The position numbers were made by a program, and so were the translations under genes. This document shows positions 39,766-49,513 of a DNA stretch of 64,000 bases, in pieces (the stretch's first letter is position 1; every line of letters begins with the position of its first letter). Source of the stretch: an uncultured Bacillota bacterium (GTDB taxonomy: Bacteria > Sysuimicrobiota > Sysuimicrobiia > Sysuimicrobiales > Segetimicrobiaceae); contig CAWDRG010000015.1 in assembly GCA_963804645.1 (NCBI GenBank), positions 384,001 to 448,000 of the forward strand, written 5' to 3'. The notes beneath the pieces are model-generated. The model ran no database searches. It worked only from the letters and a program-made list of their open reading frames with translations, and was not told the origin of the DNA.

Positions 39766-41079
39766 ATGTCGGTGAGATACTCCCGTCGCAAGGTCTTGAA
39801 ACTTGCGGGCGCAGGTCTTGGGGGCGCGCTCATTTCGCGCAGTCTCAGGCCCAGTCTGGGCTACGCGCAGACCGGTCCGACCGAGATTGTGCATTGGAGC
39901 TGGTACTCCGCATCCGACAACACGGACTGGAGCCATCTGATCTCCACCTTCAACACCGCCAATAAGGACATGCAGATCCGGCAGGAGTTCGTGCCGGACG
40001 ACACGTACGGCACGAAGCTGCTGGCGGCGTCGGCCACCGGCAACGCCCCAGACTTCGGGACCGCGCAGAACGGCCGGACCGCGAACTGGGCCAAGCAGGG
40101 CGTGACCTACGCGCTGGAGCCGTCGCTCAAGGCGGCCGGCCTCGACCTCGCAGACTTTGATCAACGGTCCCTCGACGTGTGCACGTACTACGGCAGCCTG
40201 CACATGCTGCCGATGGATGTCTCAAGCATGGCCGTGCTGCTGAATGTGCCGTACGCGAAGGCGGCCGGCCTCGACCCGAGCAAGCCACCCAAGACCGGTG
40301 CCGAGCTCATCGAGTGGGCGCAGAAGATGACGGTCAAACAAGGCAGCACCGTCACGCGCTCGGGATGGATGTTGACGGGGTCGGGCGCCCAGCCGCTGGT
40401 GGTGTGGAGCGTCGTTGCCTATCAGATGGGCTTTCGCCGCGCCAGCCCGAACTTGAAGGAGGCCGGCCTGAACCCGGAGGCTGGCGCACGCGCGGCGCAG
40501 TGGGTGCTTGACTGTTTCGACAAGTATCAGGTGTCGACCACGCAGATCGCCGGTTCGGATCGCTACCGGGCATACGGTGCGGGCCAGGCAGCGATGTTCT
40601 TCACCGGGCCGTGGGCGATCCGAGGCTACGCCGATGCGAAACTCGATTTTGTGTCGTTCCCACTTCCGAAGATCGGGAATGACACCTCTACCTATTACGA
40701 GGTCGACGGCATCGAGATGTACACGCAGAAGGACACCGGGCGCTATAAGGCCACAGCGCAGGCGCTCAAGTGGCTGTCGGACAACAGCGTGCCCTGGGTC
40801 ACGACGGGACGCGTCGATTCCCCTCGCAAGTCCATCCGGGCGAGCGCCGCGTTCAAGAGCGGCGGATGGCCGAACGCGTACAAGGCTGGGTTTATCGACG
40901 GCATGGCGGAAGCGCAGATCACCGATATTCCGATTGTCTCCGCGGAGGACTTTGAAATCTACGGCGCGGGCATCTTCCCCGCGAAGACGATGGACTTGGT
41001 GTGGGCCAAGCAGCTGGCGCCCGCCGCGGCGATGACGCAGTTGACGCAAAAGTGGCAGGCCGATCTGAACGCCGGATAA
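39766..41079 (+). CDS. Carbohydrate ABC substrate-binding protein with Tat signal
   Basis: SRRKVLK twin-arginine motif, G.APD, PPKT..EL and G.AAM...GPW. Confidence 0.88.
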   Translation: MSVRYSRRKVLKLAGAGLGGALISRSLRPSLGYAQTGPTEIVHWSWYSASDNTDWSHLISTFNTANKDMQIRQEFVPDDTYGTKLLAASATGNAPDFGTAQNGRTANWAKQGVTYALEPSLKAAGLDLADFDQRSLDVCTYYGSLHMLPMDVSSMAVLLNVPYAKAAGLDPSKPPKTGAELIEWAQKMTVKQGSTVTRSGWMLTGSGAQPLVVWSVVAYQMGFRRASPNLKEAGLNPEAGARAAQWVLDCFDKYQVSTTQIAGSDRYRAYGAGQAAMFFTGPWAIRGYADAKLDFVSFPLPKIGNDTSTYYEVDGIEMYTQKDTGRYKATAQALKWLSDNSVPWVTTGRVDSPRKSIRASAAFKSGGWPNAYKAGFIDGMAEAQITDIPIVSAEDFEIYGAGIFPAKTMDLVWAKQLAPAAAMTQLTQKWQADLNAG

Positions 41080-41425
41080 CGAGGGTCGCGGATCGACAGC
41101 ACCGGGCGCGCGGCGCCCGGCGGACGGTGGCATCGTAGGCGGCGGCCGGCGCCGCTGATTCCCGCGGACACGAGAGGGAGGCGGCGGACTCGTCACCTCC
41201 CTCGACGTGTCCGGCGTTCGGCGGTGCCGTGGGCGGGGAGCGTGGCTCGGCCGGTGGTCGGTTGTGGATGGAACGCAGCCGCCCGCGCGGAAGGTACGTC
41301 TCCGATCGGAACCTGGCGGCGGGCGGATGACGGGGCGCCGCGCGGCTCGACGGCGTAGGTGGCTCGAAAGGTTGTGACGCACGGTGCAAATGCGGCGAAT
41401 CGTGCCGGGTCAGGGTGACTATCGA

Positions 41426-42343
41426 GTGAGCGGCCTGCCGCATCGCAGCCTGGTGTCGCGTCTCAAAACCGCGCGGTGGGCGGGCAAGCGCATCGACTGG
41501 TCCGCCTACCTGTTTATTCTTCCGTTCTTCATCCCGTTTACGGTGACGGTGCTCGGCGCGATCGGGTTCGGCGTGTTCGTGAGCTTCACCGATTGGAAAA
41601 TCATCGGGACGCCGCATTGGGTGGGGTTGAGCAACTACACGCAGGCGATGCACGACCACTGGGTCGTGGGCGCGTGGTCCAATACGGTGCGCTATGCCCT
41701 GCTCTATGTCCCGGGCACCTTGCTGGTCGCGCTGAGCATGGCCCTCTATGTCAACGGGCGGCGCCGCGGGTATGTGTTGGCCCGCGCCGCATTCTACATC
41801 CCGAACGTAATCTCCGTGACGGTCGTCGGCGTGGTGTGGGTCTGGATACTCAGCACGCAGAACGGCCTGCTGAACCAGATCCTCGGCCACTTTGGCGTCG
41901 CGCCCATTGGCTGGCTCACCGATCCGAAATGGGTCCTGATCGCGATCGCGTTGACGTCGATTTGGTGGGATGCCGGGTTCATCATGGTCCTGCTGCTTGC
42001 CGGTCTTCAAGACATTCCCAAAGAACTGCGCGAGGCGTCAAGCATCGACGGGGCCACCGGCGCGCAGACGCTGTGGCACGTCACGCTGCCGCTGCTGAGA
42101 CCTGCGCTGAGTTTGAGCTTGACGCTGCTGACCATCGCCGCGCTCAGGGTGTTCAGTCAAATCTACATCATGACCAACGGCGGTCCGGCGGATGCGTCCC
42201 AGTCGGTGATCGGGTACGTCTATGAAATGGGGTTTACGCAGTATCAGCTGGGCTATGCTGCGGCGGTCTCCATGATGCTGTTCGTGACGATTCTGATCAT
42301 TACCGCGGTGCAGCTGCGGATCTTCCGGGAGATGGCGTACTAG
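41426..42343 (+). CDS. Carbohydrate ABC transporter permease (UgpA/MalF-like)
   Basis: AYLFILP, VGLSNY, LAGLQDIP.EL.EA..IDGA and TNGGP. Start is uncertain (41384-41426). Confidence 0.92.
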   Translation: MSGLPHRSLVSRLKTARWAGKRIDWSAYLFILPFFIPFTVTVLGAIGFGVFVSFTDWKIIGTPHWVGLSNYTQAMHDHWVVGAWSNTVRYALLYVPGTLLVALSMALYVNGRRRGYVLARAAFYIPNVISVTVVGVVWVWILSTQNGLLNQILGHFGVAPIGWLTDPKWVLIAIALTSIWWDAGFIMVLLLAGLQDIPKELREASSIDGATGAQTLWHVTLPLLRPALSLSLTLLTIAALRVFSQIYIMTNGGPADASQSVIGYVYEMGFTQYQLGYAAAVSMMLFVTILIITAVQLRIFREMAY

Positions 42344-42416
42344 CGCCCGCGGCGTGATGGGGCAGCGGGGCGCTGAGGTCGGCGGGGGATTCGTTCGCGA
42401 GGGGGCGCCGAGACAT

Positions 42417-43292
42417 ATGCCTGGACCGAAGCCGCATCGGACGCAGCAGCTGCTCAACGTGGCCGTGTGGGCCGTCGGCATGATCTTCGCCGTGACGTGG
42501 GCCGTGCCGCTGATTCAAATGGTCACCACGTCGATCAAGCCGCCGGGCGAGGTGTTGACGCACGCGCTGTCATGGGTGCCCCTGCATCCCACCCTGCAGC
42601 CCTACGTCGATGTCTTCAAGAAGCCGGTGCTCGGATGGCTGATGAACAGCCTCGTGGTGACACTGACGTCCACCCTGGTCAGCCTGATGACCGGTGCGAT
42701 GGCCGGGTACGCGCTGGCCCGGCTCAACTTTCCGGGCCGGCAGTTTGTGTTTTGGGCCGTGCTCATCGTCCTCATGATCCCGGGCGAAATGACCATCGTG
42801 CCGCTGTTTATCGGTGCGCTCAGGACGGGCCTGTTGAACCGGACCCTCACCTACACGTGGATCGCGATGATCATCCCGCAAGTCGCGAGCGCCTTCAGCG
42901 TCTATTTGTTCCGCAACTTCTTCCTGTCGCTGCCGATCGAATTGGAAGACTCCGCGGCCATCGACGGGGCGAACCGGTTTCGAATTTTCGTGTCGCTCGC
43001 GCTGCCGTTGGCACGACCGGCCATGGTCGCGGCCGCGATCCTGCTCTTCGCCAGTTATTGGAATACGTTCTTGTGGCCGCTGCTCATCTCGTTTCAGGAC
43101 AGCATGAAAACACTTCCCGTGGGCATGCTGATCTTCAGCCCCGGCGGCATCGGGGGAGGCCCGACCGACATCAATGCGTACGATACGGTCATGGCCGCCA
43201 TGACCGTGCTGGCCATACCTACCCTGGTCGCGTTTCTGCTGCTGCAGCGGCACTTTATCGAAGGTGTGACCGGCGCAGGAATCAAGGGGTAG
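42417..43292 (+). CDS. Carbohydrate ABC transporter permease (UgpE/MalG-like)
   Basis: AGYALARL.FPGR, ELEDSAAIDGA and WN.FLWPL. Start is uncertain (42354-42417). Confidence 0.92.
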   Translation: MPGPKPHRTQQLLNVAVWAVGMIFAVTWAVPLIQMVTTSIKPPGEVLTHALSWVPLHPTLQPYVDVFKKPVLGWLMNSLVVTLTSTLVSLMTGAMAGYALARLNFPGRQFVFWAVLIVLMIPGEMTIVPLFIGALRTGLLNRTLTYTWIAMIIPQVASAFSVYLFRNFFLSLPIELEDSAAIDGANRFRIFVSLALPLARPAMVAAAILLFASYWNTFLWPLLISFQDSMKTLPVGMLIFSPGGIGGGPTDINAYDTVMAAMTVLAIPTLVAFLLLQRHFIEGVTGAGIKG

Positions 43293-43297
43293 CCTGG

Positions 43298-44342
43298 ATG
43301 ACCTCGGTACTCGGGAGCGCGGCGGCCGTCTACCGCGACCCATTCGCGTACTGTTCTCATCCGAGCATCGTGCGGCTGTCGACTGGGGAGTGGCTGGTCG
43401 CGTTCATGGAGAGCGTCCGTCGGGCGGAGATCCTGCACAGTCCGGCGGATCCTCGGTTCTACAACGTGCTGACGCGCTCTGCCGATGAGGGTCGGACGTG
43501 GTCGGCCCCGACCGTGGCGCCCGGGTTCGACTGGTACGGCGTCGAGTGCCCGAGCCTCACGCTGCGGCGCGCCGGCGAGGTGCTGTTGTTCCAGTGGCGA
43601 TGGCGCTGGACCCCGAGGTCGACCGACGCAGCGCGCCCGCTCGGGCGGTACGAGCACCCCGGCTATCCGTGGGTCCGCGGGTGCGACGGCGCGTACGTCC
43701 ACCGGTCGCGGGACGGCGGGCGGACGTGGGAGATCGGACGGCGCATCGAGACGGAGCCGTTTGCCGGCGCGTACACGATCCGCGCCGCCGCCGAGCTTGC
43801 CGACGGCACCCTGCTGTACGCCGTCACGGACATCCCGCACTGGCGCCAGATCTATCTGCTGCGGTCCGTCGACGGCGGGAGCGCGTGGCGGGTCGGCGCG
43901 CTGATCGCCTCGGATCCGCAGCGGCAGTTTTCCGAGCCCGCGATCGTGCGCATCGGACCGCGCCTGCTGGTGCTGATGCGCGAGGAGGTAACCGGCTTTC
44001 TTCATCAAGCCTCCTCCGAGGACGGTGGCGCGACCTGGACGTCCCCGCAGGCGACGCCGATGTGGGGCGGTCCTCCGCACGTGCTCGACCTCGACGACGG
44101 GCGACTTCCTGTGCGTGTACGGGCGGCGCCGCGCGCCGTACGGCATCCGGGGCTGCGTCAGCGCCGACGGCGGCGCGACGTGGGACATCGAGCGCGAGGT
44201 GATCCTGCGCGACGACCTGCCGAACGGCGATCTCGGCTACCCGTCGTCGATCCTGGTGTCGCCGGGCCGGGTGTACACGGTCTACTACGGGCGTGACCAT
44301 GAGGGCGTGACGCACGTGCAGGGCCAGCAGTACGCGGTGTAG
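43298..44342 (+). CDS. BNR/Asp-box (sialidase-fold) protein; frameshift near 44106
   Basis: Repeated S.D.G.TW boxes. C-terminal DLGYPSS is in the adjacent frame. Confidence 0.85.
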
Positions 44343-44421
44343 GCGCCGGCGGCCAACTCCGGCGGCGCCGTCGAGCGGGGGCGGTTTGCCGACCCCGAGA
44401 CCTGAACAAAGGAGCGTGACG

Positions 44422-45588
44422 ATGTACCGAGTGGTCGATCTGAAGCGCGTGCACGTATACGGAGATCCGAACAATTTCTGCGCCGAGGTGTCGGTCGCCA
44501 ATCTGGGCGGCGGCGAGCTCGTCGGCGTGCTGGCGCAAAACCGCGGCCTCGTCCACACAGACACGGGGACGATTCTCCTCGTGCGGTCGAAAGATCACGG
44601 CCGCACCTGGGATCCGGCGTCTAAAGTGGTGGTGCTGGCCGAGGAAGAGGATGCTGGGTGGAACGTCGCCGCGGTGTGCCGTCTCGCCGACGGGACCTTG
44701 CTCGCGCACGCGAATCGCTGGCGCTACCTGCTCAACGGGCGCATCGACTCGAAATACGGGCAGTCGGAGATCGACGGCGTGTGGCTGACCCGATCGACGG
44801 ACAAGGGGTACACGTGGAGCGCGCCGGAGCGCGTCAACTTCGCGCCGATGCGAAACGCGCGGGTCCGCGACGCGATCGTGGAGCTGCCGAACGGGGACCT
44901 CATTCTGCCCCTGCACGGGTTTCGCTGGCAGCGCACGCATCCGGACATCTCGAGTTCCGAGCGCGAGCGGTCGTTCGTCCTGTGGTCGCCCAACAAGGGC
45001 AAGTCCTGGCACTACTACGGGACGATGGGCTATGATCCGGCCGAGATCATCCACTACCACGAGCCGGGCTTGGTGCGCCTGCACGACGGCCGCCTGCTCG
45101 GGGTGATGCGCACGCAGCGCTGGCCGTCCCCGGCCGATCCCGGCGAGCAGATGGGCCCCCCGAGCGGGTACATTTACACCGCCCTCTCCGAGGACGACGG
45201 CATGTCGTGGAGCTGGCCGAAGACCACGAAGCTGTGGGGCTACCCCAGCGACGCGATCACGCTCCAGGACGGCGCGGTGGTCGCCGCGTACAGCTACCGC
45301 ACGAAGCCGATGGGCGTGCGGATCGCGGTCTCGCCCGACGGGGAGCGTTGGTCCCAGGACGACGTCTTCACGCTCGCATCCTACGACCCCGCGAAGGTGC
45401 ACCCGGTATTCCCCACGTGGCAGGGAGAGCCGCTGAACTCGATCATCCAGCGGGGTGTGCTCTGGCACATCGGATACCCGAGCTCGATCCTGCTCGACGA
45501 CGGAAGCGTCTTTACCGGCTATCACCTCTTTAATGAGGCCGGCCGGCAGTACGTGGAAGGCGCGATCTACCGCATCGAAAAGAAGTAG
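44422..45588 (+). CDS. BNR/Asp-box (sialidase-fold) protein
   Basis: SKDHGRTW, STDKGYTW, SPNKGKSW, SEDDGMSW and IGYPSS. RBS AAGGAG. Confidence 0.85.
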   Translation: MYRVVDLKRVHVYGDPNNFCAEVSVANLGGGELVGVLAQNRGLVHTDTGTILLVRSKDHGRTWDPASKVVVLAEEEDAGWNVAAVCRLADGTLLAHANRWRYLLNGRIDSKYGQSEIDGVWLTRSTDKGYTWSAPERVNFAPMRNARVRDAIVELPNGDLILPLHGFRWQRTHPDISSSERERSFVLWSPNKGKSWHYYGTMGYDPAEIIHYHEPGLVRLHDGRLLGVMRTQRWPSPADPGEQMGPPSGYIYTALSEDDGMSWSWPKTTKLWGYPSDAITLQDGAVVAAYSYRTKPMGVRIAVSPDGERWSQDDVFTLASYDPAKVHPVFPTWQGEPLNSIIQRGVLWHIGYPSSILLDDGSVFTGYHLFNEAGRQYVEGAIYRIEKK

Positions 45589-45597
45589 GAGGGGCCG

Positions 45598-46332
45598 ATG
45601 CCGCGGCGATTGAGCACCGAGGAGCTCCAGGCGCTCGGGCGCCTGAGCACGCCCACGCTCTCCAATGCCATCGAGACGTTTGACGTGCGCCCGCACAACG
45701 AAGGGTTTGCGGGACCCGAGATCCGGGCCGTGTTCCCGGAGCTCGGGGCGATGGTGGGCTACGCCTGCACGCTGCGGGTCGCCGCCGACCGGCCGGCGCC
45801 GGCCGGCACCGGCGGCGTGCCGCTCCCGTATTGGTCGTACGTCGCGGGCAGCCCGGGCCCGAAGGTCGTCGTCGTCCAGGATCTGGATGCGGAGCCCGTC
45901 GGCGCATTTTGGGGCGAAGTGAACGCCAACGTGCACACGGGGCTCGGGGCGGTCGGCACGGTGACGCACGGCGGCGTCCGCGACCTGGACGAAATGCGCC
46001 GGGTGGGGTTTCGCGTGTTCGCCTCGGCCGTGCTCGTGTCGCACGCCTACGTCCACGTGGTCGACTTCGGCGGGCCCGTGCAGATCGGCCGCCTGACCGT
46101 CTCGCCCGGAGACCTGATTTGCGCCGATCAGCACGGCGTCTTGGTGGTGCCGCCGGACATCGCGCCGGAGCTCGGCCGGGTCGCCTCCGAGATCGAGCGG
46201 CTCGAGCACGAAATTATCAGCTGCGCCCGCGGCTCCGCGTTCACGCCCGAGCGGCTGGCGGAGGTGTGGATCAGCGCCGTGTCGCGCTGGCCGGCGCCCA
46301 GGCGGCGCGGCGCCGCGCCGGAGCAGCCGTGA
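45598..46332 (+). CDS. RraA family protein (HMG aldolase-like)
   Basis: GAFWGEVN, GGVRD and PGDLICADQHGV. Confidence 0.88.
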   Translation: MPRRLSTEELQALGRLSTPTLSNAIETFDVRPHNEGFAGPEIRAVFPELGAMVGYACTLRVAADRPAPAGTGGVPLPYWSYVAGSPGPKVVVVQDLDAEPVGAFWGEVNANVHTGLGAVGTVTHGGVRDLDEMRRVGFRVFASAVLVSHAYVHVVDFGGPVQIGRLTVSPGDLICADQHGVLVVPPDIAPELGRVASEIERLEHEIISCARGSAFTPERLAEVWISAVSRWPAPRRRGAAPEQP

Positions 46333-47285
46333 CGGCCGCGGTGCGGACCTACCGGCCGGACGACTTCGAGGCGCTGCGCGACCTGATCAACGCCGGCGGG
46401 GGGCCGCGCGTGATGACGGATACCGCGCTGCGGGAGTTTCTGGACTATCCGTGGTTTGCGCCCGAGACCGATCTGTTCGTCGTCCCGGCGGACGGCGGGC
46501 CCGGCCTGGCCGGTGCCCGCGACATCCGGGTGTGGGCGCGCGGAGACGAGCCGGTGCCGATCCTCGAGTCGTGGGGCGCCCGGGACGAGCGGCTGGGGGA
46601 CGGGCAGGCATCGGCGCTGTTCCGAGCGATGCTGGCACGGGCCGGGCAGATCGTGACCGCGCGCGGTGCGGACCGGGGGACCGTGCAGGTGCGCTGCGAC
46701 ACGAACGACACCCGCGCCATCGCGCTGTTCGAGTCGTTCGGCCTGCGGCCGGCGCGGGTGCTGCTGTCGATCCTGCGGCCGACCCTCGACGGTCTGAACC
46801 CCGCGCAGTTTCCGCCCGACATCGAAGTCCGGCCGTACCGCGTCGGCCGCGACGAGGAGGCGTGGGTCCGGGCGTTCAACGAGGCGTTTGCGGACCATTG
46901 GGGCGGATTCATGGGGATGTCGCTCCCGCTCTGGAACCGCTACGTGCGGCGTCCGTGGTTCAAGCCCGAAATGAGCCTGGTGGCGTGGGACGGGGAGGAG
47001 ATCGCGGGATTCGGTCACTTCGTGATCAACGACGAGCAGAACGAGCTCACCGGGACGAAGCGGTCGCTGATGCGGTACATCGGCGTGCGACCGCGGTGGC
47101 GCGGCATCAAGCTTGGGGTCGCGCTCACCCGCGCCGGCCTGATTCAGTCGTGCGAGCGAGGCATGAAGGCATGCGCGTCGGGGGTGGATTCGGAAAACGT
47201 GCAAGGCGCGCACCATATCTACGAACGCGAAGGATTCGTGACGACGAAGCGCCACTGGCTGTACCGGACGGAGGTGCCGGTGTGA
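46329..47285 (+). CDS. Tandem GNAT-family N-acetyltransferase
   Basis: GTG overlaps the previous stop. IGVRPRWRGIKLG.AL and GVDSEN..GA..IYER.GF. Confidence 0.82.
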   Translation: MTAAVRTYRPDDFEALRDLINAGGGPRVMTDTALREFLDYPWFAPETDLFVVPADGGPGLAGARDIRVWARGDEPVPILESWGARDERLGDGQASALFRAMLARAGQIVTARGADRGTVQVRCDTNDTRAIALFESFGLRPARVLLSILRPTLDGLNPAQFPPDIEVRPYRVGRDEEAWVRAFNEAFADHWGGFMGMSLPLWNRYVRRPWFKPEMSLVAWDGEEIAGFGHFVINDEQNELTGTKRSLMRYIGVRPRWRGIKLGVALTRAGLIQSCERGMKACASGVDSENVQGAHHIYEREGFVTTKRHWLYRTEVPV

Positions 47286-47525
47286 GTCGCGGCCGGCGAG
47301 CGTGAGGCCGCGACGGGCGCATCGGCCCTCGGATCCTCCGTGCTCCGCCGCGCACCGGGCCGGGGTTGTGCCCGGGAGCGCCGTTTGGTACCATTTTTGA
47401 GTGATAATCGTCACAGGTTTCTCGACCCAGCGCCCGCGAGAGTGCATCTGTCCCTAGCGGAGGTCACGAGCCTCCGCGTCCCGTTCCACCCCCTGTACTG
47501 ACAACAATCTAGGAGGTTTCTCTGT

Positions 47526-48524
47526 ATGCGAACGACCGAGCCTCGCTTGGGCGTGGTCTACGAACATCCCGAGTGGTTTGCCCCGCTCTTTGCCGAACTG
47601 GACCATCGCGGCATCCCCTATGACCGCGTGGACGTGAGCGCGCACGCGTTCGATCTCGACGTCGTCCACGTCCCCTGGGCGCTCGTGCTCAACCGGATGA
47701 GCCCCTCGGCGTACCTGCGCGGTCACGCCGCCGCGATCGTCCATGCCCGCGAGTATCTGCGCTATCTGGCCGCCAGCGGTGCCGATGTGATCAACGGCGC
47801 CGACGCATTCGCGCTCGAGACGTCCAAGGTGGCGCAGTTGCTGCTGCTGCGGCGGCTTGCGCTGCCGGCGCCGCGGACGCGGGTGATCAACGACGTCCGC
47901 CTCGCGCCGGACGCGGCGGAGGGATTCCGGTTCCCCGTTGCCGTCAAGCCGAACATCGGGGGCAGCGGCGCTGGCATTCAGCGGTACGAGACCCCCGAGG
48001 CGCTGCGGCGTGCGGTGAACGACGGCAGCCTCGATCTCGGGATCGATCGCACGGCGCTCGTGCAGGAGTTTCTTCCGGCCCGCGGCGGCCACATCGTGCG
48101 CGTCGAGGTCCTGGGCGGGCGCTTCCTGTATGCGATCAAGGTGTACCCGAATCCGGACGGATTCAACTTGTGCCCCGCGGATATCTGCCAGCCCGGCGAG
48201 GAGGTCACGGGCGGCGCGGTGTCGGCCGCGGATCTGTGCCCGATCGACCTGCCGAAGGTCGCGCTGCGCGTCGAGGCCTACACGCCGCCGGCGCCCGTGA
48301 TCGGAGCGGTGCTCGCGATCGCGCGCACCGCGGGGCTCGACATCGCGGGCGTCGAGTATTTGGTGAACGACCGCGACGGCGAGATCTACTACTACGACAT
48401 CAACGCGCTGTCCAACTTCGTCGCGAACGCGCAGGCGGTGATCGGATTCAACCCCTACGCCTCGCTGGTGGACTACGTCGCGCTGCGGGGCCGGTTCCGA
48501 GTACCCGTGCCCGCCGGCGTCTAG
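47526..48524 (+). CDS. ATP-grasp (RimK/glutathione synthetase-like) protein
   Basis: FPVAVKPNIGGSGAGI, LVQEF and YYDINALSNF. Confidence 0.85.
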   Translation: MRTTEPRLGVVYEHPEWFAPLFAELDHRGIPYDRVDVSAHAFDLDVVHVPWALVLNRMSPSAYLRGHAAAIVHAREYLRYLAASGADVINGADAFALETSKVAQLLLLRRLALPAPRTRVINDVRLAPDAAEGFRFPVAVKPNIGGSGAGIQRYETPEALRRAVNDGSLDLGIDRTALVQEFLPARGGHIVRVEVLGGRFLYAIKVYPNPDGFNLCPADICQPGEEVTGGAVSAADLCPIDLPKVALRVEAYTPPAPVIGAVLAIARTAGLDIAGVEYLVNDRDGEIYYYDINALSNFVANAQAVIGFNPYASLVDYVALRGRFRVPVPAGV

Positions 48525-48559
48525 ACGCCCGCAAGGCCGGGCCGACCCGGGAGCCCGCC

Positions 48560-49435
48560 GTGCCTGAACTGCCGTTTTTGACGGTCTTGAGCGAGAATCT
48601 CAAGCGGCAGGTCCAGGGCCGCGAGATCCGCGAGGTGGTCGTCCGCGGCGTGTCGGCGCTCAAGACGTTCGATCCACCGATCGACCGGCTCCGCGGCGCC
48701 CGCATCACCGACGTCCGCCGCCGCGGGAAATATCTGCTGCTCGACCTGCTGCCGGACCTGGTCCTGGTGATGCATTTGATGCGCAACGGCCGGCTCCAAC
48801 TCGCCGCGGAGCCGGCGGCGGGCCGGCGCCCGTCGGGCCGCGCCGGTCGAGACGTGGCGCTCACGCTCACGCTGGACGACGGGCGTACGCTGCGCTTGAT
48901 CGAGATGGGGACGAAGAAGCGCGCCGCCGTGTGGCTGTTCCGCCGCGGCGAGGAGAGCGGGGGGCCGCTCGCGGGGTTGGGGAGCGAGCCGCTCTCCGAT
49001 GCCTTCACGCCGGCGGCGCTGGCCGAGATGCTCCGCGCCGGGCGCATGCGCCTCAAGCAGTTCCTGACGACCCAGCGCTACGTCGTCGGCATCGGCAACG
49101 CGTACGCCGACGAGATCCTGTGGGAGGCGCGCCTCTCCCCACAGGCCATGACCACGACGCTCGGGCCCGCCGAAGTCGATCGGCTGCACGCGGCGATCCG
49201 AGCGACGCTCGCTCGCGGCATCGACGGCCACCGCCAGGTCCTCGGCGACGCGCTGCCCATGAAGGAGCCGCTGCACCTGCTCTCGGTCCACCGCCACGGC
49301 AAGGAGCCGTGTCCGCGGTGCGGCGCGCCCATTGCCGTGATCTTCTACGAGGACCGTGAAACGTACTACTGTCCCGCCTGCCAGTCCGGGGGCCGGGTGT
49401 ATGCCGACCGGAGGCGGTCGCGCCTGCTCCGGTGA
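48560..49435 (+). CDS. Fpg/Nei family DNA glycosylase
   Basis: N-terminal MPELP, RRGKYL, H2TH GIGNAYADEIL and a C-terminal CPRC...CPACQ zinc finger. Confidence 0.92.
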   Translation: MPELPFLTVLSENLKRQVQGREIREVVVRGVSALKTFDPPIDRLRGARITDVRRRGKYLLLDLLPDLVLVMHLMRNGRLQLAAEPAAGRRPSGRAGRDVALTLTLDDGRTLRLIEMGTKKRAAVWLFRRGEESGGPLAGLGSEPLSDAFTPAALAEMLRAGRMRLKQFLTTQRYVVGIGNAYADEILWEARLSPQAMTTTLGPAEVDRLHAAIRATLARGIDGHRQVLGDALPMKEPLHLLSVHRHGKEPCPRCGAPIAVIFYEDRETYYCPACQSGGRVYADRRRSRLLR

Positions 49436-49513
49436 GCGCCCGGCCATCGGAGGAACGGCGGCGGCGAGCGTCGTAGCCGAGTCGCACGGAACCGTCCGCG
49501 CAGGGGGGCCGCG

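Noticed and set aside
41080..41425. Long GC-rich spacer between the binding-protein and permease genes as an ncRNA or REP element
   Set aside because: It has only generic GC hairpins (e.g. GAGGGAGG/CCTCCCTC) and no second copy was noticed in the window. This is typical of mRNA-stabilising spacers in ABC operons.
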